Positions 16,865 through 27,355 are shown, counted from the first letter of the stretch. The stretch is DNA of 64,000 nucleotides from an uncultured Eubacteriales bacterium (GCA_934796165.1 CAKVOU010000001.1:78752-142751); one strand, 5' to 3'. Notes: generated by a model not told the origin, from the letters alone. Program-made: numbers and translations.

Positions 16865-19197
16865 GATTGTTATCCTGCGAGATTGCCGGGTTCGGCGTGC
16901 TCCGGAACGAGACCCGGACCTTCACGGACGGGCTGAACTGTGTCTGCGCCCCCAACGGCGAAGGAAAGAGCACGCTTGCCGTGTTCATCAAGGCAATGCT
17001 GTACGGTTTGCCGCAATCGACCAAGCGCAAGCTGAACGACAACGAGCGCAAGAGATATCAGCCGTGGGACGGCGGTATCTACGGCGGCTCCTTAACCTTT
17101 GAGGTACATGGGAAACGCTACCGCGCGGAGCGGTTCTTCGGCGCGAAGGAATCCGAGGATACCTTTGCCCTCACCAACCTTGACACCAATCTGCCGGGGA
17201 CGGAGTATTCTGCAAACCTCGGCTACGAACTGTTCGGCATCGGCGCCGACGCGTATGAAAGAAGCACCTACATCAGCCAGAGGATTCTTGCGGACAAGCC
17301 GGAGGACAATGACCTCCGGGTCAAACTGACCCACCTCATTGAGGAATCCGGCGACTTTTCCACGCTGGAGCCTGCCCTTGCGATTCTGGATAAAAAGCGG
17401 AGCGAGTATCAGGTCCGCGGCGGACGCGGGTTGATCGGGGACACCGACCGCGACCTGCAGGCGACCGAAAGCGAGATCATCCGCTTGCGCGGGGAATGCG
17501 ACAGTCTCCGTCGTTTCCGCGCGTCACTCCGGGAGGAAACGGGGAAAGCGGAGCAACTGCGCGCCGCGCGGGAGCAGTACGAAAAGACGCTTCACGCGCT
17601 TGCCGACGAAAAGGCAAAACGTGAGATTACCGCCCGGATGCGCGAACTGGAAACGGAGCGCGACCGGCTCCGGAAAGAAACCGAAGAGACCGCGGCGCGT
17701 CTCGGCACCCCTTTCCCGACCAAAGAGGAAATTGCCGCAAAAAGGACGGACTGCGAGCGGCTTATCCGCCTGTCCGCAGAGATCGACGCGGCGCGGCTGT
17801 CCCCCGAGGATACAAAGCGGTTTGACGGGTTGTCCGTGCGATTCGCTCACGGGTGTCCGACGGAGGGAACCATAGAGAGCGCCCGCGCGTCGCTTACGGA
17901 GGCGGCAACCCTGGAATCAGAGAATCAGAACCTCAGAGTGCAGGCGGAAACGCTGCGGAGCATTGCAAAAATCCGCAAAGAAGCGCAAAAGGCGGGAAAG
18001 AAACCCGTGCCGAAGGCGGTTTATCTGATTCCCGCGCTTGTTCTGCTTATTGCGGCGATCCCACTGTTCGCGCTTTCCCTGACGGTTCCCGCCACCGTCG
18101 TGATGGCAGCGGGTCTGCTCTGTGGCGCGGCAGGGGCGCTGTTTACCGCCCGGAAAAAGCCGGAACCCGTTGAACCCGAAACAGACGACGGGACGGCGGA
18201 CTACGAGCGGAAAATCGCAGAAAACAGCCGCCGCGCGGCGGAACTGCGGGGAGACGTCCTGAAGCTGACGGGAGAGGGAAGCGATCCCTCGGCGGCGCTT
18301 TCCCGGCTCGCCGCCGACGTACGGGAATACCGCACGCTTTCCGACCGGAAAGCGGCGCTTGCGGAAAAGCGGGAGACGCTTGAGAATGAATCCGACACGC
18401 TTTCCGACCGCGTCAAAGCCTACCTTGCCCGTTGGTTCGATCCCGACAGCGACAAGCCGTCGGCGCTCCTGGTGCGCCTGGAGGCGCTACTTGACCGTTA
18501 CGCTTCGCTCGTGGCGGATGCAAAGAACGCGGAGGACCACGCCAAGCGTTACCGCGAGGAACACGGGCTCCCCGATCCGCTCCCGGAACAGCCCGGAAGT
18601 GATCTGCCGGATGAGGAGGGGCTGAACGCCGAACGCGACCGCATCACCCGGGAAACGGATCTTGTGAACGCGGAGATTGCCCGGCTCGGGCGGCTGATTG
18701 AGGAGCGGGCGGACGCGGAGGAAGAACTTGCCGCCGCCGAATCGCGGGCGGATGACCTGAGAGAAGCAGGGAAGCGTTACCGCGAAAATCTTGATGTCAT
18801 AAAGGAAACCGTAAAATACCTGTCCGCGGCGCGGGACAATCTGTCCGCGCGTTATCTCGGCACCATGCAGGACAGTTTCCGCAAATACTTTGCCGCCCTG
18901 ACCGGGACGGATTCCGGCGCATATGAGATGAACGCGGATTTTGAAGTGACCTACCGCCAAAACGGCAGGAGTTACAGCGCGGAGTATCTGAGCCGCGGAA
19001 TGCGGGACGCGATTCTGGTCTGTACCCGGCTGGCGCTTGCCGACGCGCTGTTTGAAGGGGAAAAGCCGTTCCTCGTTCTGGATGACCCACTTGTCAACCT
19101 GGACGACGAAAAGCAAAAAAATGCCGCGGCGCTTCTCCGTGCGGCGGCAGAGGACTATCAGATTCTGTATTTCGTATGCAGTAAATCAAGAATGTGA
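16861..19197 (+). CDS. AAA/SMC-like ATPase, SbcC/YhaN-like
   Basis: 778 aa. N-terminal Walker A (APNGEGKSTL), long coiled-coil region, C-terminal FLVLDDPLVNLD (Walker B-like). Two hydrophobic helices mid-protein. Confidence 0.8.
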   Translation: MRLLSCEIAGFGVLRNETRTFTDGLNCVCAPNGEGKSTLAVFIKAMLYGLPQSTKRKLNDNERKRYQPWDGGIYGGSLTFEVHGKRYRAERFFGAKESEDTFALTNLDTNLPGTEYSANLGYELFGIGADAYERSTYISQRILADKPEDNDLRVKLTHLIEESGDFSTLEPALAILDKKRSEYQVRGGRGLIGDTDRDLQATESEIIRLRGECDSLRRFRASLREETGKAEQLRAAREQYEKTLHALADEKAKREITARMRELETERDRLRKETEETAARLGTPFPTKEEIAAKRTDCERLIRLSAEIDAARLSPEDTKRFDGLSVRFAHGCPTEGTIESARASLTEAATLESENQNLRVQAETLRSIAKIRKEAQKAGKKPVPKAVYLIPALVLLIAAIPLFALSLTVPATVVMAAGLLCGAAGALFTARKKPEPVEPETDDGTADYERKIAENSRRAAELRGDVLKLTGEGSDPSAALSRLAADVREYRTLSDRKAALAEKRETLENESDTLSDRVKAYLARWFDPDSDKPSALLVRLEALLDRYASLVADAKNAEDHAKRYREEHGLPDPLPEQPGSDLPDEEGLNAERDRITRETDLVNAEIARLGRLIEERADAEEELAAAESRADDLREAGKRYRENLDVIKETVKYLSAARDNLSARYLGTMQDSFRKYFAALTGTDSGAYEMNADFEVTYRQNGRSYSAEYLSRGMRDAILVCTRLALADALFEGEKPFLVLDDPLVNLDDEKQKNAAALLRAAAEDYQILYFVCSKSRM

Positions 19198-19210
19198 AAG
19201 AGGAATTTCT

Positions 19211-20329
19211 GTGGAATTTGTAGCAACCTGCCTGTTCGGGCTGGAAAAACAGCTCGGCGAAGAAATCGACGCGCTCGGATACCGTCGCCTCTCCACCATG
19301 GACGGGCGTGTGACTTTCTCGGGGGACGAGAGCGCCGTTTCCCGCGCCAACATCAACCTGCGGCTTGCCGAGCGGGTCTATCTCCGCATCGGTTCCTATC
19401 CCGCAGATACCTTCGACGCTCTTTTTGAGGGCGCAAAGGCGTTGCCGTGGGAAAATTACATCGGAAAAGACGATGCGTTTCCCGTCAAGGGGCACTCCAT
19501 CAAAAGCAAGCTGACCTCGCTCCCCGACTGTCAGAGTATCCTCAAAAAGGCGGTCGTCGAGCGGCTGAAATCCCGGTACGGGATCGGCTGGTTCCCGGAG
19601 ACCGGCGTGAAATACCAGATCGAGTTCTTTCTCTTCAAGGATGAGGCGACCCTTATGATCGACACCTCCGGCATGGCGCTCCACAAGCGCGGGTACCGCC
19701 CCGACGCGGGTGTGGCGCCGCTCCGGGAAACGCTTGCCGCCTCGCTTGCACTGAATGCCCGCGTCAGGGAGGACGTGCTTCTGTGGGACCCGTTTTGCGG
19801 GTCGGGCACCATTGCCATCGAGTCCGCCATGATCGTTTCTCACCGTGCCCCGGGCAGGAACCGTTCTTTTGCCGCCGAGGCGTTTCCCATGTTCCCGAAA
19901 GAGTTGTGGGACAGGGCGCGCGAGGAGGCGGACGACAACATCCTCCGCGACTGTAAATTCGAGGCATATGCTTCGGACATTGACGAGGACGTACTGGACC
20001 TCTGCTATGACAACGCCGTCCGTGCCGGGGTGGAGGAGTACCTGAATATTTTTGAGGCGGACGCGCGGAGCATCAGAAAGGAGGACCGCCGCGGAACGGT
20101 CATCTGCAATCCGCCCTACGGCGAGCGCATGATGGAGATGCGCGAGGTGGAGGCGCTCTACCGCGACCTCGGAAAAACGTTCCGCACGCTTTCTCCGTGG
20201 CAGGTCTATGTGCTGACCTCGTGCGAGACCTTCGAGCGGCTGTACGGAGAACGTGCCGACCGTGTCAAAAAGCTGTATAACGGCACAATTCCGTGCTATC
20301 TGTATCAGTATTTCAAGCCGAAGAACTGA
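19211..20329 (+). CDS. THUMP-domain class I SAM-dependent RNA methyltransferase (RlmL/YpsC-like)
   Basis: ORF 19037-20329 overlaps the upstream gene. Preferred start is GTG 19211 (VEFVATCLFGLEKQLGEEI) after GAAAGAGGAA. Contains DPFCGSGTI and ICNPPYGERM motifs. Confidence 0.8.
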   Translation: MEFVATCLFGLEKQLGEEIDALGYRRLSTMDGRVTFSGDESAVSRANINLRLAERVYLRIGSYPADTFDALFEGAKALPWENYIGKDDAFPVKGHSIKSKLTSLPDCQSILKKAVVERLKSRYGIGWFPETGVKYQIEFFLFKDEATLMIDTSGMALHKRGYRPDAGVAPLRETLAASLALNARVREDVLLWDPFCGSGTIAIESAMIVSHRAPGRNRSFAAEAFPMFPKELWDRAREEADDNILRDCKFEAYASDIDEDVLDLCYDNAVRAGVEEYLNIFEADARSIRKEDRRGTVICNPPYGERMMEMREVEALYRDLGKTFRTLSPWQVYVLTSCETFERLYGERADRVKKLYNGTIPCYLYQYFKPKN

Positions 20330-20579
20330 CGGTAGGCGCGCTGCCGGACGTGAAACTGCCGCACGAGAACCGTGGCGTGTGCCGCGAAACGTGGGGGGGT
20401 CGGGAAATCCTGAATCCCACGTTGGAGGATGCGGAAACCGCCGCCCGGAAAACATCACAGCGTGTACCGCCAGCCGACGGAAAATCCCGCCCGCAGGACG
20501 CGGCGACAAACACGGACGGACGCGGGAAATTTTCCGCCGGAAAAATCTGCGGCACGCGCTCTTTTCGGGCGGGAATCCG

Positions 20580-20608
20580 TTGACAACACACACGGAAAAT
20601 GGTATACT
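20580..20608 (+). promoter_or_regulatory. sigma-A type promoter
   Basis: TTGACA (20580-20585), 17 nt, TATACT (20603-20608), preceded by AATGG. Confidence 0.55.
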
Positions 20609-20672
20609 CATAGATGATGTTGTCAGCGCGCAACCGCGCGGCGAAAATGAAAACAGGGGACGGTGAGATAAC

Positions 20673-21800
20673 ATGAAAACCGGCAGACGTTTGTGGGTTT
20701 CTGTGCTGACCGCGCTCCTGTTTTTGCTTTGCCTAACTTCCTTGTTGTTCGTCTCCTGTGCGCCTGAACCGTCAGGAGAACAGGACGGGGCGTTTGACGC
20801 AGTGCACACGCGCGACCTTCGGGTCGGAATCGGTGCAAGGCTTCCGTCAGGTTCCGATTTCTTTTCGTCCCTGCCGGAGGGGTATACCGCCGCGATCCTG
20901 ACGGATTACGCGGAACTGTCCCGCATGGGCGAGCATGAGATCCGGCTTTCGGTGGTGTCGCCGTCCGGCAGCACCCGGGAGTTTTTGGCAAAGCTGACGC
21001 TTGTGACGGATACGGTTCCGCCGACGATTGACGGCATTACGGATATTTCGGTGCAGATCGGCGACGCGATCGCTTACCGCAAGGGCATCACGGTAACGGA
21101 CGACTGCTTCGGCGAGGTCACCCTGACGGTCGATTCCTCCAAGGTGGACCCGGCGAAAGAGGGAAGCTATCCCGTCGTCTATACCGCAACGGATGCCGCC
21201 GGGAATTCGGTGTCCTGCACTGCGTATGTCCATGTGTATCAGCATCTGTTCTCGGAGGACGAGCTCTGGGAAACGGTGGACAAGCTGATCGTGGAGCGCA
21301 AGCTGGCGGGAAAAACAACCGTCGAGCAGTGCCGGAGCATCTATGAATACGCACAGAACCATATTTCATACAGCGGCACGTCGGACAAGACCGACTGGAA
21401 AAAGGAAGCCTATAACGCCATTGTCAAGGGAAGCGGCGACTGCTTTTCCTATTTCGCCGTGGCAAAAGCCTTTTTCGTGCGGCTCGGGATTGAACATCTT
21501 GATGTGGAACGGTCTCCCGATGTGGCGCAGAAAGTCAACGAGCGGCACTACTGGTTGATGGTCAATATTGCCGGCGAGGGAGAATCCCCGCGCTGGTATC
21601 ATTTCGACGCCTGCCGGCTGAACTCCCTGTATCCGCACAGCGGTTGCCTTCTGACGGACAAACAGCTAGACGCTTATAACCGCTTGCGGTACAATTCCGA
21701 CGGCGTGAACAATTATTTTTACGCCTACAACCGGGCAAATTATCCGGCGACGGATACCGAGATCATTACGCCGACCCCGAATCTGGAACCCTACGACTGA
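20673..21800 (+). CDS. putative lipoprotein with Ig-like domain and transglutaminase-like cysteine protease domain
   Basis: 375 aa. Signal peptide ends LLFVSC. Ig-like segment PPTIDGITDISVQIGD...YTATDAAGNSVSCTAYVHV. Transglutaminase-like core GSGDCFSYFAV...HYWLMV...WYHFDA (Cys-His-Asp). Confidence 0.75.
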   Translation: MKTGRRLWVSVLTALLFLLCLTSLLFVSCAPEPSGEQDGAFDAVHTRDLRVGIGARLPSGSDFFSSLPEGYTAAILTDYAELSRMGEHEIRLSVVSPSGSTREFLAKLTLVTDTVPPTIDGITDISVQIGDAIAYRKGITVTDDCFGEVTLTVDSSKVDPAKEGSYPVVYTATDAAGNSVSCTAYVHVYQHLFSEDELWETVDKLIVERKLAGKTTVEQCRSIYEYAQNHISYSGTSDKTDWKKEAYNAIVKGSGDCFSYFAVAKAFFVRLGIEHLDVERSPDVAQKVNERHYWLMVNIAGEGESPRWYHFDACRLNSLYPHSGCLLTDKQLDAYNRLRYNSDGVNNYFYAYNRANYPATDTEIITPTPNLEPYD

Positions 21801-21882
21801 ATATGCGCCGGTGTCCCGGCTTTGAATGCCATACGGCAGACGTTCCCGTGAACGGTTTTCCGGGGCGGCAAAGGAGAATTCC

Positions 21883-23391
21883 ATGCGAAAAAATGTTCTG
21901 CAATATCTCGAATCGACCGTCGCACGGCTTCCGGATAAGGTCGCGTTTTCCGACGGTACGGATTCGCTTACATTCGGGGAAACACTGGAGAATACCGAAC
22001 GCGTCGCTTCCGTCCTCGCTGCGGCGGGGTATTACGGGGAAGCGGTGACGGTGCTGATGGAGCGCCACCCGAACGAACTTTGCGCGTTTTTCGGGATCAT
22101 TGACGCGGGGTGTTTTTATGTGGCGCTGGATTCCTCCATGCCGGATGCCCGGATGCGCAAAATCATGGAAACGACCGCGTCCCGTGTGGTCATCTGCGAC
22201 AAAAAAAACGAGGGAACCGCGCACGCACTTCTGCCGGACGGGCAGGTGTATCTGTACGACGACCTGCTTGTGGGAGAGAAACGTGCGGAACTGCTTTTGT
22301 CGGTGCGTTCCCGCCAGATCGACACCGATCCGATCTATATCGTGTTTACCTCCGGCTCTACCGGGGTGCCCAAGGGTGTGATCGCCTGCCATCGCTCGGT
22401 CATGGATTACGCTGAGGCGCTGTCCGACGCACTTCCGTTTGACGAGACGACCGTGTTCGGTAACCAGACTCCGCTTTATTTCGACGCGCCGCTCAAGGAG
22501 ATTCTGCCGACCATCCGTTCCGGTGCGACCACTTACCTGATTCCGAAGAAGTTGTTTCTGCTTCCGGTCAAGCTGATCGGTTTTCTGAACGAACACCGCA
22601 TCAATACCATCTGCTGGGTCGTGACCGCACTGACCACGGTTTCCTCCCTCGGCACCTTCCGCACGGTCCGCCCCGAGACGCTGACGATCGTCTGCTTCGG
22701 CAGTGAAGTGTTTCCGCGTCCGCAGTACGACCTGTGGCGTAAGACGCTTCCGGCGGCGCGGTTTTATAACCTCTACGGTCCCACCGAGGCGACGGGAATG
22801 TCCTGCTATTATAAATGCGACCGTGAGCTTGACCCGGAGGAACCGATTCCCGTCGGAAAGCCGTTCGACAATACGGGGATTCTGCTTCTCGGGGAGGACG
22901 GCAAGGCGGTTCCCGACGGCGAGGTCGGGGAGATCTGTATGCGCGGTACCTGCGTGACGCTCGGATATTTTGCAAATCCCGAAAAAACGGCGGAGGCGTT
23001 CTGCCAGAATCCGCTGAATCACGCCTATCCCGAGCGTATCTACCGCACGGGCGATCTCGGCAGATATAATGAGCACGGAGAACTGGTGTTCCTCTCCCGC
23101 AAGGATCAGCAGATCAAGCATCAGGGCCACCGCATTGAGCTTGGCGAGATTGAAGCCGCCGCGGCGGAATGTGGGGGTGTGCGCCTTGCCTGCTCGGTTT
23201 ATGACCATGAGAACAAAAAGATCCGGCTGTACTACACCGGGGAGACGGAACCGCGGGAACTGCTCGCGGAACTGCGTACCCGGATCCCTCGGTATATGAT
23301 TCCCGCCGTTCTCCGAAAACTCGACGAAATGCCGCGCACCCCGAACGGCAAGCTCGACCGCAAAACGCTTGCCGCCAGAGCGGAGGACTGA
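21883..23391 (+). CDS. AMP-binding adenylation enzyme, DltA-like (D-alanine--carrier protein ligase family)
   Basis: ORF 21826-23391. Preferred start is ATG 21883 after AAAGGAG. Motifs are FTSGSTGVPKG, YGPTEAT, YRTGDLG and PNGKLDRK. Confidence 0.85.
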   Translation: MRKNVLQYLESTVARLPDKVAFSDGTDSLTFGETLENTERVASVLAAAGYYGEAVTVLMERHPNELCAFFGIIDAGCFYVALDSSMPDARMRKIMETTASRVVICDKKNEGTAHALLPDGQVYLYDDLLVGEKRAELLLSVRSRQIDTDPIYIVFTSGSTGVPKGVIACHRSVMDYAEALSDALPFDETTVFGNQTPLYFDAPLKEILPTIRSGATTYLIPKKLFLLPVKLIGFLNEHRINTICWVVTALTTVSSLGTFRTVRPETLTIVCFGSEVFPRPQYDLWRKTLPAARFYNLYGPTEATGMSCYYKCDRELDPEEPIPVGKPFDNTGILLLGEDGKAVPDGEVGEICMRGTCVTLGYFANPEKTAEAFCQNPLNHAYPERIYRTGDLGRYNEHGELVFLSRKDQQIKHQGHRIELGEIEAAAAECGGVRLACSVYDHENKKIRLYYTGETEPRELLAELRTRIPRYMIPAVLRKLDEMPRTPNGKLDRKTLAARAED

Positions 23392-23556
23392 ACGCCGCCC
23401 CAATGGAAGCCGTGCAGCATTTGTCGCCGGAATGGAGGCTTACTTGTTGCCCGGAGAAGGCACAGCATTCGCCGCCGGAATTCAGGACCCGATGCCGCCC
23501 TCGTGGCGGAACCTGTCCATCAAGTTACCCGCACCTGCGGGAGAAAAGAGAAACAC

Positions 23557-23784
23557 ATGGAAACTTTGCTTCAGATTCTGAATGAACTTCACCCCGATGT
23601 GGATTTTACCGCCGAGAACGCACTCATTGATGACGGCGTGCTGGATTCTCTGGACATTGTCACGCTGATTACCGAGATTAACGACAAGTTTGACGTGGAG
23701 ATCCCCGCGGAGGAAATCCTCCCCGAGAACTTCAATTCCGCGAAGGCGCTGTACGCCCTGATTCAGCGCATCGACGAGGAGTAA
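23557..23784 (+). CDS. acyl/D-alanyl carrier protein
   Basis: 75 aa from ATG 23557 (METLLQILNELHPD...). Phosphopantetheine-attachment type DDGVLDSLDIVTL. Confidence 0.8.
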   Translation: METLLQILNELHPDVDFTAENALIDDGVLDSLDIVTLITEINDKFDVEIPAEEILPENFNSAKALYALIQRIDEE

Positions 23785-23884
23785 TTCTTTTGGCGTTCCG
23801 CCGTCGGATCCCCGCTCTGCGGGTGCCCGCCGACAGGCGGAACCTCTCTTTATTTTTCCAAACTCATGAAAGGAGTATTGCGCC

Positions 23885-25486
23885 GTGTCTTTCATCTCGC
23901 TTTCGTTTCTCGCGTTTCTCGGCGTACTGCTGCTTTTATACTACCTGCTCCCGAAGCGTGCCCAGTGGGTCCTTCTTCTGATCGGCAGTTACGTGTTTTA
24001 CGCCTTCGCGGGGCTTCCGTGCCTCGCGTTTCTCGTGTTCACCACTGCCGTTGCCTATGTCACGGGACGACTGCTTGCCCGGTCGCAGGCGCGGGAGGAC
24101 GCGTACATTGCCTCGGTCAGAGACGAAATCTCCAAGGAGGAGCGCAAGGCTTACCGCGCAAAGGGAAAGGGGCAGCGCCGCCTGATCCTTGCCGCCGGGC
24201 TGGTACTCGGCTTCGGGCTTCTCGCCGTGTTCAAGTATACCGGCTTTACCGTCCGCAACCTGAATGCCGTCATTCATCTTTTTGATAGAAATACTTCCAT
24301 CCCGGTGCCGTCGCTCCTGCTCCCGCTCGGACTTTCCTTTTATGTCTTTCAGACGATGGGGTATCTCATCGACGTTTACCGCGGAAAAGCCGGGGCGGAG
24401 AAGAATCCGTTCCGCCTTGCCCTGTTCGTCAGTTTCTTTCCGCAGCTGGTGCAGGGACCCATCAGCCGGTATTCCGAGCTTGCAAAGCAGCTGTATACCC
24501 CGCACCGTGCCGACTGGGGCATGATCTCCGGCGGGCTTCTGCGCGTCGCGTGGGGATACTTCAAAAAGCTTGTGGTCGCCGATACGGTGCTCATCGCCAT
24601 CCGTACCTTGCTATCGGATACCGCAGCCTACGAGGGCGCATACGTCCTTCTCCTGATTCTTCTTTATTCCATTGAGATTTACGGCGACTTCACCGGCGGT
24701 ATCGACATTACCATCGGCACAGCGCAGATGTTCGGCATCCGCCTGACGGAAAACTTCGACCGCCCGTTTTCCTCGGAATCCACCAAGGAATACTGGCGCC
24801 GCTGGCATATCACCATGGGGACCTGGTTCACCGATTACATTTTCTACCCGCTTTCGGTCTCAAAGCCCATGCAGAAGCTGTCCAAATGGTCGCGCGCGCA
24901 CCTGGGACAGGCGGTCGGCAAGCGACTCCCGGTCTACATTGCCACCATCGTGACGTGGTTCCTGACCGGTCTCTGGCACGGAGCGGACTGGAATTTCATC
25001 GTTTGGGGGCTTCTCAACTGCCTTATTATCCTGGTTTCGCAGGAGCTGGAACCGCTCTGGCGCCGCTTCCGCGAAAAATTCCCGCAGCTTGATCAATCCG
25101 CATTTTTCCACGGCTTCCGCGCCGTCAGAACCTTTCTTCTGATGGGACTTATCCGCAGTCTCGACTGCTACCGCGACGTTCCCAAGACCTTTTCCTTGTG
25201 GGCAACTATGTTTACCCGTCCAGATACCTACGGAGTGCTCTTCGGCGGGGGAATCCTCGCGCTCGGTCTCACCGTTTCCGATTTTATCCTGATCGGACTG
25301 TCCGTGCTGCTTATTTTCTTTGTATCCCGTGCTGGAAGGGAAAAACACCTTTCCGCCCCCGACCGCCTGCCGACAAAACCTGCGCTCCTTTGTCTTTGCG
25401 TGTGTGCGCTTGTGATCGTGGCTATCGTGTTCGGCAATTACGGGCAGGGGTACGACGCTTCCGACTTTATTTACGGGCAGTTCTGA
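23885..25486 (+). CDS. MBOAT family O-acyltransferase (DltB/AlgI-like)
   Basis: 533 aa, GTG start, polytopic membrane protein. Contains FYVFQTMGYLIDVYRG and EYWRRWHITMGTWFTDYIFYPL (conserved His). Confidence 0.9.
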   Translation: MSFISLSFLAFLGVLLLLYYLLPKRAQWVLLLIGSYVFYAFAGLPCLAFLVFTTAVAYVTGRLLARSQAREDAYIASVRDEISKEERKAYRAKGKGQRRLILAAGLVLGFGLLAVFKYTGFTVRNLNAVIHLFDRNTSIPVPSLLLPLGLSFYVFQTMGYLIDVYRGKAGAEKNPFRLALFVSFFPQLVQGPISRYSELAKQLYTPHRADWGMISGGLLRVAWGYFKKLVVADTVLIAIRTLLSDTAAYEGAYVLLLILLYSIEIYGDFTGGIDITIGTAQMFGIRLTENFDRPFSSESTKEYWRRWHITMGTWFTDYIFYPLSVSKPMQKLSKWSRAHLGQAVGKRLPVYIATIVTWFLTGLWHGADWNFIVWGLLNCLIILVSQELEPLWRRFREKFPQLDQSAFFHGFRAVRTFLLMGLIRSLDCYRDVPKTFSLWATMFTRPDTYGVLFGGGILALGLTVSDFILIGLSVLLIFFVSRAGREKHLSAPDRLPTKPALLCLCVCALVIVAIVFGNYGQGYDASDFIYGQF

Positions 25487-25593
25487 CGCCCATGACGACG
25501 GGGCGGAGAAGATCAACCGTGCCCGGCATATCGTCGTAATCCGGAATCTGCCGGACATCCGATACACCAACAAAAGAAGAAAGGAGGATTGCC

Positions 25594-26667
25594 ATGGAAG
25601 AAAATCAGACCGCCGGAACCGCTCCGGAGAGAAAAAAGACCGTGCGACGCGTTCTGACCGTCGCGGTTGCCGTCCTGCTCCTTTTTGCGATCCTCTTCGG
25701 ACTGAACCTTCTGTTTCTGCCCAAGTATTCCAAGGAGTATCTTGCGGAGGGCGCACTCATCGGGGAATACTACCGGGAGACGACCGACCATGATGTGCTC
25801 TTTGTCGGGGACTGCGAGGTCTACGAGGGTTTCATCCCCGAGGTGCTCTGGAAGGAGTACGGTATGACCGCCTACGTCCGCGGTTCCGCGCAACAGCTTG
25901 TCTGGCAGTCCTATTATATTATGGAAGAGACCTTCCGCTACGAGTCGCCGAAGGTCGTTGTCTTCAACGTGCTTGCTCTCAAGTACGGCGAGCCGCAGAA
26001 GGAAGAGTATAACCGCATGACGCTGGACGGCATGAGGCTGTCCGCCTCCAAGTGGAATGCAATCCGCGCGTCGATGACGGAGGGAGAATCCTTTGCGTCC
26101 TATCTGTTTCCGCTTCTGCGGTATCACTCCCGCTGGAAGGACCTTTCATGGGCGGACGTGACCGGGATATTCCGCAAGGAAACCGTCTCTCATTCCGGCT
26201 ACCTCATGCAGACTGAAATCAAGCCGCAGACCTCTGCGTCCGAGGGACTCCCCTTGGAGGATTACACACTTCCCGCGATCGGTTTTGCATATCTTGACAA
26301 AATGAAAGCGCTCTGCGAGGAACACGGGGCGACGCTGATTCTCATCAAAGCGCCGACCAACAACTGGCGGTACTGGTGGTACGATGAGTGGGATGAACAG
26401 GTTTCACAATACGCAGCCGCGAAAGGGCTGACCTACCTCAACCTGATTCCCGAAGCGGATGCAATGGGCATCGACTGGTCAACGGATACCTACGACGCAG
26501 GGGTACACCTCAACGTCTATGGCGCGGAGAAGCTGACGCGGTATTTCGGAAAATATCTTTCGGAACACTTCGACTTCGGAGCGCATGACGAAAAGACAAA
26601 CAAAGTCTGGCAGAAGAAATACGATTCTTACCTGAAGGAGCGGAACGGGGAAGATTCCGGGAGCTGA
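25594..26667 (+). CDS. membrane-anchored SGNH/DltD-like protein
   Basis: 357 aa. N-terminal TM helix. HDVLFVGDCEVY sits where SGNH block I GDS is expected. DAGVHLN resembles block V (DxxH). Placed 3' of the MBOAT gene. Confidence 0.6.
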   Translation: MEENQTAGTAPERKKTVRRVLTVAVAVLLLFAILFGLNLLFLPKYSKEYLAEGALIGEYYRETTDHDVLFVGDCEVYEGFIPEVLWKEYGMTAYVRGSAQQLVWQSYYIMEETFRYESPKVVVFNVLALKYGEPQKEEYNRMTLDGMRLSASKWNAIRASMTEGESFASYLFPLLRYHSRWKDLSWADVTGIFRKETVSHSGYLMQTEIKPQTSASEGLPLEDYTLPAIGFAYLDKMKALCEEHGATLILIKAPTNNWRYWWYDEWDEQVSQYAAAKGLTYLNLIPEADAMGIDWSTDTYDAGVHLNVYGAEKLTRYFGKYLSEHFDFGAHDEKTNKVWQKKYDSYLKERNGEDSGS

Positions 26668-26831
26668 GGAAAGGATGAATCGTTTTTCGCAAAGATCCCT
26701 TGCCGGAGGGTGATGGAATTCCGAACGCCAACCGACAGATACCCGGGTACGTCCGCGCAGGCGCGGAGAACAAAGCGCGAAGCGCAAACCGGAAACTGAA
26801 AAAAGAGAACGGAGAGACAAGGAGATACCAT

Positions 26832-27335
26832 ATGAAAAAAACAATTGCAATCATTCTTCTGGCAGTTGCCTGCCTGACCTTCTTTGCCTGTGCTGGGAAG
26901 GGCGGGGAAACCGGCACGGAGACGACAACAACTGCGCCCGCGGCAGGTTACACCCTGAAAATCGGAACCGTGACCATCGCCATGCGAGAGAGTGCGACCG
27001 ATGCGCTTGCGGCACTGGGCACTCCCAAGTCCCGCGAGGCGACCGGTTCCTGTGCGTACGGCGGGGAGGACATTCGCTATACCTATGACCATTTTGTACT
27101 TCTGACCTACGAAAGCGACGGCGCGGAATATTTCTCGCAGATTTCGCTTTCGGATGATACCTACGCCACGCCCGAGGGCATCCGCATCGGCGACAGCGCA
27201 GACAAGGTGAAGTCTGCCTACGGCACGCCCGCAAACGAAACCGCAACGTCGGTTTCCTATGTCAAGGGCAACACCAAGCTGCTGTTTCTTCTGCGCGACG
27301 GCAGCGTGACCAACATTCAGTATCTGATCGCCTGA
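26832..27335 (+). CDS. putative lipoprotein, unknown function
   Basis: ORF 26700-27335. Preferred start is ATG 26832 after GGAGA. Starts MKKTIAIILLAVACLTFFAC, a lipobox-like signal peptide. Confidence 0.65.
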   Translation: MKKTIAIILLAVACLTFFACAGKGGETGTETTTTAPAAGYTLKIGTVTIAMRESATDALAALGTPKSREATGSCAYGGEDIRYTYDHFVLLTYESDGAEYFSQISLSDDTYATPEGIRIGDSADKVKSAYGTPANETATSVSYVKGNTKLLFLLRDGSVTNIQYLIA

Positions 27336-27355
27336 CATACGTTTTGGCTGAATTG

